From the NCBI GenBank assembly GCA_963812015.1, contig CAWETI010000003.1, positions 352,001 through 416,000 on the forward strand: a stretch of 64,000 nt of DNA, read 5' to 3'. How positions within the stretch are numbered: position 1 is the stretch's first letter; each line of letters begins with the position of its first letter. Both the position numbers and the translations under genes were made by a program. Of this stretch, positions 34,681 to 45,733 are shown piece after piece. The notes under the pieces were generated by a model. That model searched no databases and was not told the DNA's origin. It saw only the letters and a list, made by a program, of their open reading frames with translations. The stretch comes from an uncultured delta proteobacterium (lineage in GTDB: Bacteria > Desulfobacterota > Desulfobaccia > Desulfobaccales > 0-14-0-80-60-11).

Positions 34681-35028
34681 TAATCCTCCGGATTAAGACT
34701 CAGGCGAGAAGCCTGTGTCACCAGTCTTAATTAATCGAAGCATAAAGTTAATTGTCTAACCATAGGGGTGGTTCGCGAACCGCCCCTACAAGAGCAACCC
34801 TTGATTGAATCGATTATTTTCCGGTTCCCAATCTCCCGCTTGGGAACCAGATTGAAAAACTCTTCCTCCGTAAAAGGCCGCCATAAACATTGTGCCCGGA
34901 ACGTCTTGTAATATTTTTAACCATTCCTTCTTGGTGGGGCGGCCGTTTCTGGCCGCCCAGTTGAAGGCGGGCACGGAGGCCCGCTCCACCAATATTTATG
35001 CGCAGGCTAAAGCCTGCGGCTACCTGGT

Positions 35029-36399
35029 TCAGGTAGTCAGGTGATACTTTTTCAGCTTGTACTGGAGCAGGCTTTTGGTGATGCCCAGGAGTTCGGCGGC
35101 CCGGACCTGGACCTGGCCGCTTTTTTCTAGGGCCCGGCGGATCATTTGCTCCTCAATGGCATCCAGGGCCTCGGGCAACGGGGTATGTAACGGGATGAAG
35201 CGGTCAACGTCCAGGGTGGACTCGGAGGGGGCGGGGGCCAACTCGCCCGGCAGGTCATGGGGGCTGATGATATTGTTGCTGCACAGGATCACGGCCCGCT
35301 CCATGACGTTTTCCAGCTCCCGGACATTTCCGGGCCAGGAGTAGTTGATCAGCACCTTCAAGGCCTCCGGGGTGATGCGGGTCTTGTCCCGGAGGTTTTC
35401 CTGGACATACTTTTTGATGAAGTGGGCCGCCAGCAGGGGGATGTCTTCCTGGCGCTGGCGCAGGGGGGGGAGGTGGAGGTGGACCACGTTGAGGCGATAG
35501 AACAGGTCCTCCCGGAAGCGCCCGGCTTCCACCTCCTCTTTCAGGTCCCGGTTGGAGGCGGCCACCACCCGGACATCCACTTTGATGGTCCGGGCGCCCC
35601 CCACCCGTTCGAATTCCATTTCCTGGAGCACCCGGAGGAGCTTGACCTGAAGCCCCTGGGACATTTCCGCCACTTCGTCCATAAAGAGGGTGCCGCCATC
35701 GGCCAGCTCGAACCGACCTTTGCGCATAGCCACCGCGTGGGTGAAGGCGCCCCGCTCATGGCCGAAGAGTTCACTCTCGAGCAGGGTTTCCGTCAAGGCG
35801 GCGCAGTTGACGGAGATGCAGGTTTTGGCGGCCCTGGTGCTGCACTGGTGGATGGCCCGGGCGATGAGTTCTTTGCCGGTGCCGCTCTCGCCGGTGATCA
35901 GGACCGTGGCCCGGGATTGGGCCACGCGCTTGACCAGGGCCAGGATGTCCTCCATGACCCGGGACTCACCCACGATATTGGGGAAGCCGTATTTTTTCTC
36001 CAATTCCTGGTTGAGCAGGCGATTCTTGAGGATGAGGTGGCGGTGCTCCAGGGCCTTGGCGATGGTGATCAGGATCTCTTCGTTTTTGAAAGGCTTGAGG
36101 ATGTAATCAAAGGCGCCTTTTTTCATGGCCGAGACCGCTTTTTCCACGGTGCCGTAGGCGGTCATGATGATCACCGGGAGTTCCGGATAGAGTTGCTGCA
36201 ATTTTTCTAAAAGCTCGATGCCGCTCATCTTGGGCATCTTCATGTCGGTGAGCACGAGGTCCAGATCGGAGGCCCCGGCGATCTTCACGGCCTCGAGGGC
36301 ATTGGGGGCAGTGAGGACTTCATAGCCCGCCTCCCCCAGGAGGGTCTCCATGACGGTGAGATAATTGATTTCGTCATCAACGACTAAGATAGTATCCAT
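35029..36399 (-). CDS. Sigma-54-dependent response regulator (NtrC family)
   Basis: Receiver + GESGTGKE + GAFTHA variant + C-terminal HTH. Confidence 0.95.
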   Translation of the reverse strand: MDTILVVDDEINYLTVMETLLGEAGYEVLTAPNALEAVKIAGASDLDLVLTDMKMPKMSGIELLEKLQQLYPELPVIIMTAYGTVEKAVSAMKKGAFDYILKPFKNEEILITIAKALEHRHLILKNRLLNQELEKKYGFPNIVGESRVMEDILALVKRVAQSRATVLITGESGTGKELIARAIHQCSTRAAKTCISVNCAALTETLLESELFGHERGAFTHAVAMRKGRFELADGGTLFMDEVAEMSQGLQVKLLRVLQEMEFERVGGARTIKVDVRVVAASNRDLKEEVEAGRFREDLFYRLNVVHLHLPPLRQRQEDIPLLAAHFIKKYVQENLRDKTRITPEALKVLINYSWPGNVRELENVMERAVILCSNNIISPHDLPGELAPAPSESTLDVDRFIPLHTPLPEALDAIEEQMIRRALEKSGQVQVRAAELLGITKSLLQYKLKKYHLTT

Positions 36400-36452
36400 G
36401 GTTATCCGGACTCACTTTTGACGGCAACAGGTTGTGGGTCGACGTGCACTAA

Positions 36453-37928
36453 TTACTTGGATTGAGAAACCATTTTTGGCATCGTCAGTTCGGGAATCAT
36501 CAGGGTGACCGTGGTGCCGTTTTCCGGGGTGCTGTTGATCTGCAAGTTCCCCTGATGAACCTCGATGATGCTTTTGACAATGGGCAGGCCCAGGCCGCTG
36601 CCTTTTTCCTTGGTGGTAAAAAACGGGTTCAGGATCTTCTTTAAGGTCTCGGGATCGATGCCCTCGCCATCATCCTGGAAACGGATTTCTCCTCCATGAC
36701 CGCGGGGTCCGGGCAGGGTGGACACGGTGAGGTGGCCGCCGTGGGACATGGCCTGGATGGCGTTCAGGAGGATATTCAAGAAGGCCTGATGCAAGAGATC
36801 CTGGTCGACCACCAGGGGCCGGCCGTTCAGTTGATAATTTCGGGTGACGGTGATGCCCAGGCGGTGGATTTCGGGCTGGAGCAATTCCAGGTTTCGGTTG
36901 ATCAGGGCCTCCAGATCACAGGGGCGCAAGTTGGGGAGGCGGGGCCGGGCAAAATCCAAAAATTCCGTAACTTTTTCATTGAGGCGGTTGGACTCTTCGA
37001 CGATGATCCGGGCCAGGCGATTGTCGGGTTCATAGCGGGCCAGTCGTTCTTGGAGGAGCTCGGCGGTGGAACTGATGATCCCCAGGGGGTTGCGGACCTC
37101 GTGGGCGACCCCGGCGGTCATTTCCCCCAGGGCCGCCAGGCGCTCGGACTGGTGGAGTTGGGCTTCCAGGCTGCGCTGCTCTTCCTGGCGCCGCTCCAGG
37201 ATAATTCCGGCCTTCTTGACAATTTGCCGCAACACGATAAATAACAGGCCCATGATCACTATCAGGGTGACCAGGATGATTATCCGGAAATTGGCGATTT
37301 CGGCCATATCTCCGGAGATATTCTGGGTGATCTCGATTACGCCCACGACCGGACCGGTCTGGGGCAAGAGCTTTTGCTCCAGCCGGAAGGGGATGTAAGC
37401 CCTGAGATACTTGTTATGAGCACTCCGGGGCCAGAAGACGCTCCAGAAGGTGCTGTAGCCGGGCAACTCGAAGTAATTTTGTCCGTCCAGGGCCTTTTTT
37501 ACCCCCAGGACATTGTCACATTTTGCCCCCAGGGGCTGGCTGGCGGTGCTGTAGGAGAAGACGCCCTCCTGATCGTACTGGTTCAGTTGCTCGACGTGGA
37601 AGCCATGGATAGTGGTACGGATCACCATGTCCAGGCGCTGGGATTGCTCCGGGTCCGACAGGGTAATGCGGCCGCCCTTTTCGAAGGCGGTGGGCAGGAC
37701 GAATTGCTGATAGATCTGGTGATTCAAGTTGGAGGCCAGCAGGATCAGATAGTCTTCGTTTTTTTTCAGGGCCATCTGCTGGGCCCGGAGGGTCAGGAGC
37801 ACCGTCAGGATGACGGTAAACACCAGGATGACCACAAAGCCGGGCAAGGAGAAGAATTTTACCAGGCCGAAGGTGTCCAGGTCTTTCCCCGGGCGCCACC
37901 AGGAGGTAGTGAGTTTCAGGGGCTTCAT
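36453..37928 (-). CDS. Membrane sensor histidine kinase
   Basis: Two TM helices; AHEVRNPL H-box; FFTTKEKGSGLGL. Confidence 0.95.
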   Translation of the reverse strand: MKPLKLTTSWWRPGKDLDTFGLVKFFSLPGFVVILVFTVILTVLLTLRAQQMALKKNEDYLILLASNLNHQIYQQFVLPTAFEKGGRITLSDPEQSQRLDMVIRTTIHGFHVEQLNQYDQEGVFSYSTASQPLGAKCDNVLGVKKALDGQNYFELPGYSTFWSVFWPRSAHNKYLRAYIPFRLEQKLLPQTGPVVGVIEITQNISGDMAEIANFRIIILVTLIVIMGLLFIVLRQIVKKAGIILERRQEEQRSLEAQLHQSERLAALGEMTAGVAHEVRNPLGIISSTAELLQERLARYEPDNRLARIIVEESNRLNEKVTEFLDFARPRLPNLRPCDLEALINRNLELLQPEIHRLGITVTRNYQLNGRPLVVDQDLLHQAFLNILLNAIQAMSHGGHLTVSTLPGPRGHGGEIRFQDDGEGIDPETLKKILNPFFTTKEKGSGLGLPIVKSIIEVHQGNLQINSTPENGTTVTLMIPELTMPKMVSQSK

Positions 37929-37934
37929 GATGGC

Positions 37935-39380
37935 TCAGGCAATCCGGTATTTCTCCAAAGCGGGGAGGGCGTCGGTGAATTCCCGCTGGTGGTTTTCGAA
38001 GCCCGGCCGGCCCATCAGGCCATAGGTGGTTTGTTTGCCCCCCTCCACTCCCGGCTGGTCGAAGGCATTGACCCCGAAGAGGGAGGCTGCGGCTACGGTC
38101 ACTACCTCCAGAAGATAGATTAATTGCCCGATGGTAAAGGGATTGATCTCCGGCAGGTTCAAGGTCAGATTGGGCCGACCGGCCTTCATGAGGTTGAAGG
38201 CGGTGGCCTGCTGCTCCACCCGGAGCAGTTCATTCAAGGAGTGTCCTGCCAGATAGCTCAGGGCTTCCTGGTCGGGATAAAGGTCGGGGATCTCCAGGTG
38301 ATTCTTGAACTTACCCACGGTCAGGAAAGTGATCAGCTTGTCGGGAGGCCCTTCCATGTAAAGCTGTAATTGGGAATGCTGATCGGTGGCGCCCAGGGCC
38401 CGGACCGGGGTGCTGCCGGCATGCACGGGGTTGCCTTGAAGATCACGCTGCTTTCCCAGGCTTTCGGCCCAGAGTTGGCCGAACCAATCCGCCATCCCGG
38501 CCAGGGTGCTGGCATAGGGCATGAACACCAGGATGGGCCGCGCTTTGGCGGTGGCGTAGAGATAAAAGAGGGCAGCCAGACGATAGGCCGGATTGCGGTC
38601 CGGGTCGGCGTCGTTAAGGCGCTGATCCATGAAGCGGGCCCCGGCCAGGAGTTCCTCGACGTCAATGCCGGCCAGGAAGGCGGGCAGCAAGCCCACGGCG
38701 GAGAGGACCGAGAAGCGCCCCCCCACATTGGGGGGAACGGCCAGGGAAGCGAGGTGTTCTTTGGCGACCAGGCTCCGGAGCGGCCCTTTTTCCGGGTCGG
38801 TGGTGAGGACGAGGCGCTCCCGGGCTTTAACCTCCCCCACCCGGCCCTTTAACAGCTGGTAAATCCAGAGGAACTGGGCCAGGGTTTCGGCGGTATTGCC
38901 GGATTTGCTGATGACGTTGAAGCCGGTGCGGCGCATATCCAGGCCGTCCAGCATGCCGTACAAGTAGTCAGGATCAATGTTGTCGGCCACCCAGACCCCG
39001 ACCTTATGTTGGCGGCGGGCCATGGGGAGCTTGTTGTGTTGAGGGTGGCACAAGGCCTGATGCAGGGCCCGGGCTCCCAGGGCGGAGCCGCCGATGCCCA
39101 GGACCACCACATCCCAGCACCATTCCAGCAGGGGTTTGGCAATCCGGCGGACCTCTTTGACGACCTGGTCCTGGTAGGGCAACTCCATGAAACCCAGCTG
39201 ACCGCTCTTTTTTTGAACGGCCAGGTCTTGATGGAAGGCCCGCAGCCGGGGAGCCAAGGAGTCCAGGTCCGTTTCTTTCAGACCGGGCTCTCCCAGGAAC
39301 TCTGCCATGGCATAATTGTGGTCAAGGCTCAGTATCATGCTCTGGACCCACTTGGGGTCTTCGTAGCGCTTCATGGACAT
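37935..39380 (-). CDS. pgi: Glucose-6-phosphate isomerase
   Basis: LGIGGSALG, SKSGNTAET, VGGRFSVLS, QLWAESLGK, DQPGVE. Confidence 0.95.
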   Translation of the reverse strand: MSMKRYEDPKWVQSMILSLDHNYAMAEFLGEPGLKETDLDSLAPRLRAFHQDLAVQKKSGQLGFMELPYQDQVVKEVRRIAKPLLEWCWDVVVLGIGGSALGARALHQALCHPQHNKLPMARRQHKVGVWVADNIDPDYLYGMLDGLDMRRTGFNVISKSGNTAETLAQFLWIYQLLKGRVGEVKARERLVLTTDPEKGPLRSLVAKEHLASLAVPPNVGGRFSVLSAVGLLPAFLAGIDVEELLAGARFMDQRLNDADPDRNPAYRLAALFYLYATAKARPILVFMPYASTLAGMADWFGQLWAESLGKQRDLQGNPVHAGSTPVRALGATDQHSQLQLYMEGPPDKLITFLTVGKFKNHLEIPDLYPDQEALSYLAGHSLNELLRVEQQATAFNLMKAGRPNLTLNLPEINPFTIGQLIYLLEVVTVAAASLFGVNAFDQPGVEGGKQTTYGLMGRPGFENHQREFTDALPALEKYRIA

Positions 39381-39697
39381 CTCGCTTTCTGGGGTGCGGC
39401 CGGTTCACAGCCGGGACCGAAAAATATCTTGGTTTAAAAACTTTAGCCCAGAGTGCCGGGAGATTCAAGGGGAATCGGCGCCAGAGGTGATGGCCGAATC
39501 TCCGCTTGACATCATATAAGCTCTGCCCTTAAGGTGCTTTTATTATAACAAAAAGGATGCCAGATGGGTGCGCCCCTTTACAACCTGTAAAAATTATTGA
39601 CAGAAACCGAGGTGAACCGCGTTTCCGGCTTGGCTAGGTAAGCAGAATCATGGTAAAATTTCAATGAGTTGTCCATTGTGAGGGGGCCGGGCCGGCT

Positions 39698-39713
39698 TGG
39701 AACGAGCATTGCT
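39698..39713 (+). promoter_or_regulatory. Sigma-54 promoter (-24/-12)
   Basis: TGGAACGAGCATTGCT; conserved upstream motif at 39577-39603. Confidence 0.75.
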
Positions 39714-39824
39714 TAGTAAATCTGTGCGGTGGTATGTGCGGATGAACTGGAATTGATGAAGCCGGGAAAATCGCCGGGACGAACCGGCGGCCCTGGGCTA
39801 ACTCCTTGACGTGAAGGTGCGCTG

Positions 39825-41480
39825 ATGGAAGCCAAACTATACCGGAAATTATGGTGGGACATCATCCTGGCCACCCTCAGTTTTTCCGTATTCCCTCTGT
39901 TTATCCTGGGAGGGGTGATTTATCACCAGTTCAGTGTCTCCTATACCGCCAAGATCATGGACGACATGAAAACGCTGGCGGAAAATCGAGCCAGTTCCAT
40001 TGACTTGTTCCTGGAGGAACGGATTTCGCAGCTCACCGGTCTAGCGCACACTCATTCCCTGGACCAATTGCAGAACGAGGATTATTTAAGCAAGGTGTTC
40101 AACATTATCCAGACCCGCTCCAAGTCATTTATGGATGTGGGAATCATCGACGAGGACGGCAACCACCTGGCCTATGTGGGACCATACTATACTCTTCTCA
40201 AGAAGGTAAATTACAAGGATGAGACATGGTTTCATGAGGTCATGGCCACCGGGGTGTACGTCAGCGATGTATTTCTGGGATTCAGGAAAGTCCCGCATTT
40301 CATCATTGCGGTACTGGTGCGGGAAAAGAACCGGAGTTGGATCCTCAGGGCCACCATTGATGCGCACATCATCGACAATATCGTGCGGGCCGCCTGGATC
40401 GGCAAAAGAGGCGACGCCTTTATGATCAACCGGGAGAATATCTTGCAGACCACGCCCCGGTTCAGCGGCGGCGTTATGGAAGCGCCCGCCGCGCCCAATT
40501 TTTCCGCAGCCACCAAAAGCATGGTGGAGGAAATAGACTTTAAAGGGGAAAATTTGCTCTATGCCACCAGCATCGTCAAACTGAAAAAGTGGGTTCTGGT
40601 CATCCGGGAGGAGCCCACGGAACAATTGACGCCGCTGTTGCGAGCGAGGTTTCTCGCAATCTTGATAGCTTTGGGTGGGTTGTTGCTCATCATCATCGGG
40701 GCGGTGATTACCACCCGGTCGATGATGAAGGAACTCATGCAGATGGACCGGAAGAAGGCGGCCAGCGATGAAGTGGCGATGCAATCCAGCAAGATGGCGG
40801 CTCTGGGCAAAATGGCGGCGGGCATCGCCCATGAAATCAACAACCCGCTGGCGGTGATCGGGGAGAAGGCGGGCTGGATGAAGGACCTGCTGGGCATGGA
40901 GGAACTGGCCAAGAGTGAAAATTTCCAGGAACTGTCTGATGCGGTGAACAAGATCGAGTACCACGTGGTGCGGGCCAAGACGGTGACCCACCGCCTGTTG
41001 GGGTTTGCCCGGCGGATGGAGCCGATGGAGGAGCGGGTCAATATTAACGAGATCCTGGATGAGAGCATCGACTTTTTGGAGAATGATGCTCGCTACCGCA
41101 GCATCGATATCCAGACGAATTACGCTCCGGGTCTGCCGTTGACCACCACGGACCAGGCCCAGTTGCAGCAGGTGTTCCTAAACATCGTTAACAATGCCAT
41201 CGACGCCATCGGCAAAGATGGGGAGATCACCATCAACACCAGGGCCATAACGAAAAATAACGAAATTTGCGTTGAGATCAGCGATAATGGGCCGGGGATT
41301 CCCAAAGACGTGTTACAAAAAATCTTCGACCCCTTCTTCACCACCAAGGAGGTGGGCAAGGGCACCGGCTTAGGTTTATCCATCTCTTATAGCATTATCG
41401 AGAAATTAGGCGGCCGGATTATGGTGGCCAGCGAGGAAGGCCACGGCACCATTTTTACCATTTATTTACCGGTGAGATGA
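39825..41480 (+). CDS. Cache-type sensor histidine kinase
   Basis: TM-sensor-[25 protein letters not shown]. Confidence 0.95.
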   Translation: MEAKLYRKLWWDIILATLSFSVFPLFILGGVIYHQFSVSYTAKIMDDMKTLAENRASSIDLFLEERISQLTGLAHTHSLDQLQNEDYLSKVFNIIQTRSKSFMDVGIIDEDGNHLAYVGPYYTLLKKVNYKDETWFHEVMATGVYVSDVFLGFRKVPHFIIAVLVREKNRSWILRATIDAHIIDNIVRAAWIGKRGDAFMINRENILQTTPRFSGGVMEAPAAPNFSAATKSMVEEIDFKGENLLYATSIVKLKKWVLVIREEPTEQLTPLLRARFLAILIALGGLLLIIIGAVITTRSMMKELMQMDRKKAASDEVAMQSSKMAALGKMAAGIAHEINNPLAVIGEKAGWMKDLLGMEELAKSENFQELSDAVNKIEYHVVRAKTVTHRLLGFARRMEPMEERVNINEILDESIDFLENDARYRSIDIQTNYAPGLPLTTTDQAQLQQVFLNIVNNAIDAIGKDGEITINTRAITKNNEICVEISDNGPGIPKDVLQKIFDPFFTTKEVGKGTGLGLSISYSIIEKLGGRIMVASEEGHGTIFTIYLPVR

Positions 41481-41497
41481 CTTGAGGAGGCGACGGC

Positions 41498-41887
41498 ATG
41501 GAGCAGTTTAAGATTCTGATTGTGGATGATGAGCAGGACTTCCTGGAAACCATTCTCAAGCGGCTGAAGGCCAGGAAAATTGAGGTCACCGGGGTGGGCA
41601 CCGGCTATAAGGCCCTGGAATTTGTGGATGACCATGACGTGGATGTCATCATCCTGGATGTCAAGATGCCGGGGATGGACGGCATCGAAACGTTGCGGGA
41701 GATCAAGAAAAAGAAACCACTGGTGGAAGTCATCATGCTCACCGGCCACGCCTCGGTGGAATCGGGCATTCAGGGCATGCAACTGGGGGCCTTTGATTAT
41801 GTCATGAAACCCGTGGCCCTGGACGAGTTGCTGGAGAAGGTGCGCCAGGCGTATGAAAGAAAGGTGATCCGCGAAGGGAAACCTTGA
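41498..41887 (+). CDS. Single-domain response regulator
   Basis: ILIVDDE, LDVKMPGMDG, KP. Confidence 0.93.
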   Translation: MEQFKILIVDDEQDFLETILKRLKARKIEVTGVGTGYKALEFVDDHDVDVIILDVKMPGMDGIETLREIKKKKPLVEVIMLTGHASVESGIQGMQLGAFDYVMKPVALDELLEKVRQAYERKVIREGKP

Positions 41888-41997
41888 GGGTGGGCAACCA
41901 GGAAAGGTGCCGAAGGCAAGCTTAACGGATTTTCGCCGGTATGCGGTTGACTGGGGGCCCGGGGGAAGTCCCCCGGGCGTTACTCCGGTTTTTTTGT

Positions 41998-42128
41998 AAG
42001 CTCGTGTAAAACCGGTTTTGCCTGTCATGCTGAACGCGGTGAAAGACCGCATCTATTTGAATTTAGGCTATATTCTTCGCCTGGCTCAGGACGGCCATGC
42101 TCTATCAATCCAGGTTTTGAAACGGCTT
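41998..42128. mobile_element. Degenerate MITE-like element
   Basis: Imperfect TIR AAGCTCGTGTAAAACC/GGTTTTGAAACGGCTT; internal TGTCATGCTGA...ATTCTTCGCCTGGCTCAG similar to the 12873 element. Confidence 0.55.
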
Positions 42129-42168
42129 GTAGGCTTGCGGTGGTGGACGCCGGAGGTGGATAAGGGGG

Positions 42169-42945
42169 ATGGAGGCGCGGGAGAAAAAAGATTGGCTGCT
42201 GGATGAACGGCTGCTCCAGTCGCAAAAATTAGCCGCCATCGGTGAACTTTCGGCCAATATTGCCCATGAAATCAACAATCCCCTGGCCATCATCCGCCAG
42301 GAGGCCGAATGGATGCAGCACCTGTTGAAGCAACTGGCCGGGAGAGACGGCACGGAAATTGGGGAACTTCAGGAGTCGGTGCAGCAGATCGTGGAACAGG
42401 TGGACCGCTGCACGGAAATTACCCGGAATTTACTGGATTTTGCCCGGAAACGGGAGCCGGTGATTCAGGCCGTGGAGGTCAACCGGCTCATTGAAACCAT
42501 GACCCGGCTGGTGGAGAGGGAAGCCAAGCATAACCGGATCAGCATCGTCCGGCAGTATGATCAGGAATTGCCGGTGATTTACAGTGACGCGCCGCAATTG
42601 CGGCAGGTGATCCTCAATTTTCTCACCAACGCCACGCATGCCATCGGCCAAGACGGGGTCATCACCATCTCCACCCGCCTTGCCGACGGGGACTCGGTGG
42701 ACATCGTCATCAGGGATACGGGCTGCGGCGTTCCGGAGGAGAATCTGGCGAAGATCTTCGACCCGTTTTTCACTACCAAACCCCCGGGCAAGGGCACGGG
42801 ACTGGGACTGTCCATCTGCCACGGGATCATTCAACGGCTGGGCGGGCGCATTGGGGTGGAAAGTCACGTGGGACAGGGCACGGCGTTTACCATCACGTTG
42901 CCACGGGTTGCCGCACAGCCGGAACGGGGAGCGGTTGGTCTATGA
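42169..42945 (+). CDS. Cytoplasmic histidine kinase without sensor domain
   Basis: Begins almost directly with QSQKLAAIG...AHEINNPL; complete HATPase. Confidence 0.88.
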   Translation: MEAREKKDWLLDERLLQSQKLAAIGELSANIAHEINNPLAIIRQEAEWMQHLLKQLAGRDGTEIGELQESVQQIVEQVDRCTEITRNLLDFARKREPVIQAVEVNRLIETMTRLVEREAKHNRISIVRQYDQELPVIYSDAPQLRQVILNFLTNATHAIGQDGVITISTRLADGDSVDIVIRDTGCGVPEENLAKIFDPFFTTKPPGKGTGLGLSICHGIIQRLGGRIGVESHVGQGTAFTITLPRVAAQPERGAVGL

Positions 42946-43370
42946 ATAAGCCGAATAAGCCGCGAATATTGCTGGTGGATGATGAAGAGCGTTTCCGGAC
43001 CAACCTCCAGAAGATGTTAGGGGCCCAGGGGTTGATGGTGAGCGCCAAGGGCAGCGGTGAAGAGGCCCTGGAGGAACTCAAGTGGCGACCCTACGACGTG
43101 ATGGTCCTGGATATCCGCATGCCGGGGATGAATGGGCTCGCCACCCTGGCGGAGATCAAGAAAATCAACCCGGAGGTGGAGGTGATCATTTTAAGCGGCC
43201 ACGCCTCCATGGATGCCGCCATGGAGATCAACAAACTGGGGGGCTATGATTACCTGATGAAGCCATGCCCCCTGGAGGAATTGCTGCTCAAGATCGAGGC
43301 GGCGTATGAAAAGAAGGTGGAGCGGGAAACCAGGACAAAAAAAAGCCAGCCCCCGGAAGGAACATCATAA
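42942..43370 (+). CDS. Single-domain response regulator
   Basis: ILLVDDE, LDIRMPGMNG, KP; ATGA overlap with kinase. Confidence 0.93.
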   Translation: MNKPNKPRILLVDDEERFRTNLQKMLGAQGLMVSAKGSGEEALEELKWRPYDVMVLDIRMPGMNGLATLAEIKKINPEVEVIILSGHASMDAAMEINKLGGYDYLMKPCPLEELLLKIEAAYEKKVERETRTKKSQPPEGTS

Positions 43371-43443
43371 CCCCTGCAAACACGGCCGAATAGATTTTCT
43401 TCCGGAATTCTGGATTTCTTCAACCCCTAATTTTTGAATCTCT

Positions 43444-43526
43444 CCCCTACAAGCGCTCTTGTCGTTATCCAGATCAGATCCGCACCTCTTTTATATTTCT
43501 TAGAAGTTCAGAGTTTGGCAAGGTAT
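43444..43526 (+). repeat. Degenerate ~83-bp dispersed repeat, copy A
   Basis: Aligns by eye with 44981-45063 (+), 63095-63176 (-), 63595-63678 (-). Confidence 0.6.
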
Positions 43527-43658
43527 AGTCTAGTTACATGTGTACCTTCATTCTATCCGCTTAAAGAAACTTGGTTCCTTTAAAAAATTGGCTTGCCTGT
43601 TTTTATCCTTAAAATTAAAGTAACTACAGAATATGAACCCACGCAAAAAGGGCAAGCT

Positions 43659-44807
43659 ATGAGACCTATGGTATCACAAACGGGCGTATTATCCGCCAAT
43701 GAAGGGAGATTCTTGGTTTTGGTAGCCGTAATTACGGCTTGGGCCATACTGACTCCCTTTAGCTCGGTGCAAGAAGCCCGCGGGCAAAGCGGGCCAGAAG
43801 TTTCATCAGTCAAGAAGAAATTGACGGTAGGAACCAGAGAAGCACCTCCTTTTTCTATGAAAGATAACGATGGAGGATGGACTGGGATTAGCATTGATCT
43901 CTGGCGTCAAATCGCCACGGAATTGAATTTAACCTATGAGTTTCGGGAACTAGACCAACATAACTTGCTTGAAGGGCTCACGAATGGATCTTTAGACGTC
44001 GTGGTTGCAGATTTAACAATTACTCCTGAGCGCCTTGAAATGTTTGATTTTACCTATCCTTTTTATACCGCCGGGTTAGGCATCGCCGTTCCTTTTAAAG
44101 AAAAAAATGTTTTGATTTCTATAATTAAGCAGTTATTTTCCAGTACTGTTTGGGGAATATTAATCATAATCTCCTCTGTCTTGCTGATAGTAGGCATAGT
44201 GGTGTGGTTGTTTGAAAGGAAACTAAACCCTGAGCATTTCGGGGGCAATACTATCCAAGGGATTGGATCAGGGTTTTGGTTTTCAGCAGTTACAATGACT
44301 ACAGTTGGATATGGGGATAAACTTCCAAAAACTATCGGAGGTCGGATAGTTTCTTTAATCTGGATGTTTACTGCCGTTATTCTTGTGTCATTTTTTACTG
44401 CAACGATAACGTCCATGCTTACTGTGAAACAACTTGAGACTTCGGTGCGTGGCCTAGAGGATTTGAAAAAGGCTCTCGTGGGCACGATGCCGTATACAAC
44501 CAGTGAATCCTTCCTTATAAACAGTTTAATTTCATTTAAGACCTATAAATCGGTTGAAGAGGGATTGAAGTCATTGATTAATGGAGAAATCAAGGCTTTT
44601 GTCTATGATGCACCGGAACTACGTTACAGGATCAAACAACGATTCCAAGGAAAATTAGAAGTACTTCCCCATACATATTCTCAAGAAAATTATGGCATCG
44701 CGCTGGTGGATAATAGCCCACTGCGGAAAAGCATGAATCTAGTCTTATTGCAAAGGATCCGTCATCAAGAGTGGCAGGAAACTCTTTATCATTACCTGGG
44801 GAGATAG
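43659..44807 (+). CDS. GluR0-like ligand-gated K+ channel (SBP family 3 + pore)
   Basis: APPFSM...DLTITPER S1 lobe; FWFSAVTMTTVGYGD filter; S2 lobe ENYGIAL; AT-rich. Confidence 0.9.
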   Translation: MRPMVSQTGVLSANEGRFLVLVAVITAWAILTPFSSVQEARGQSGPEVSSVKKKLTVGTREAPPFSMKDNDGGWTGISIDLWRQIATELNLTYEFRELDQHNLLEGLTNGSLDVVVADLTITPERLEMFDFTYPFYTAGLGIAVPFKEKNVLISIIKQLFSSTVWGILIIISSVLLIVGIVVWLFERKLNPEHFGGNTIQGIGSGFWFSAVTMTTVGYGDKLPKTIGGRIVSLIWMFTAVILVSFFTATITSMLTVKQLETSVRGLEDLKKALVGTMPYTTSESFLINSLISFKTYKSVEEGLKSLINGEIKAFVYDAPELRYRIKQRFQGKLEVLPHTYSQENYGIALVDNSPLRKSMNLVLLQRIRHQEWQETLYHYLGR

Positions 44808-44980
44808 GCGGTTTTCAGAAACTAGACAATGGCTATGCTATCCGCTCTGAATAGATACTTACCAATTTGCTGAAAATTTAACCTATCTGGATCATACCTT
44901 CACTTTTTAATCTGCATAATTCTTTTCTTTCACCCCGGATATTATAGATTTCTTCTCTCACCGCCATCTGAAATCTTCCT

Positions 44981-45063
44981 CCCCACGGATGTCGGTGCAA
45001 GATGAGGAGATCATATATTCAACTCATTGGGATTTTTGAAAAGTTTCGCTAGTGGCAAGATAT
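44981..45063 (+). repeat. Degenerate ~83-bp dispersed repeat, copy B
   Basis: 3' part matches reverse complement of copy C at 32/37 positions by eye. Confidence 0.6.
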
Positions 45064-45423
45064 GTGGTCGCTGTGGATTTGTTATGTGCAAACTCCGGGG
45101 GGGGAAATGCTTTCCACTCAAATTTGTGCTATCTTGCCCCCTACGAGAACAATTGGCTTTGGGAAAAAGATTGTTTGGGGGGATTTTACTCGGCCAAAGA
45201 GGTTCCAAAACCTCGTTTGGACCTAAGCGCCTATGTATGGAGCGTAATCTCGGTTAATAACAAAGAACTTTCGCCTTTACCACTTTGACATGCTAAGCAA
45301 GCCTATAAGGCAAGAGAAGGCCTTGACTCCCAAATCACTTAAACAAAAGACAAACAATAAAGAAGAATTCATGTTTAATCTAAAGCGTTACGGGATCCGG
45401 TGGCATGATTGGGAAAAAGAGAC

Positions 45424-45666
45424 ATGATGGAGAGAAATTTTAATCGGTTTTTGGCCTTGACGCTGGCCCTGTTGGTTGGGGCAGGCTGCTCCGGCGTCTT
45501 GTATGAATCTAAATCTGAAAATGGCCGGGAGGACCGATTGCTGATTGACCAAGGCGAAAGCTGGAGTACTTATGACGATAGGCCCAGAAAACCCGACAGC
45601 AAGGCCAAAAAAGATCAGGATGACAAAAGTATTTTATTGAAAAAGGAGTTGACGTTTTTAACGTGA
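45424..45666 (+). CDS. Small lipoprotein
   Basis: Signal peptide with lipobox-like LVGAGC. Confidence 0.65.
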   Translation: MMERNFNRFLALTLALLVGAGCSGVLYESKSENGREDRLLIDQGESWSTYDDRPRKPDSKAKKDQDDKSILLKKELTFLT

Positions 45667-45733
45667 CCATGAAGGTTCAATGATCCGAATGGTCTTGTAA
45701 AAGATTAATATCGGATAATGAGAGGCGAATTTT

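Noticed and set aside
41888..41995. Possible cobalamin riboswitch (AGGTGCCGAAGGC...TTAA)
   Set aside because: No GGGAA..CGGTG core or B12 box, and no B12-related downstream gene.
45027..45288. Short ORFs in the AT-rich insert
   Set aside because: Overlap repeat copy B, lack an RBS and recognisable motifs; may be decayed sequence.
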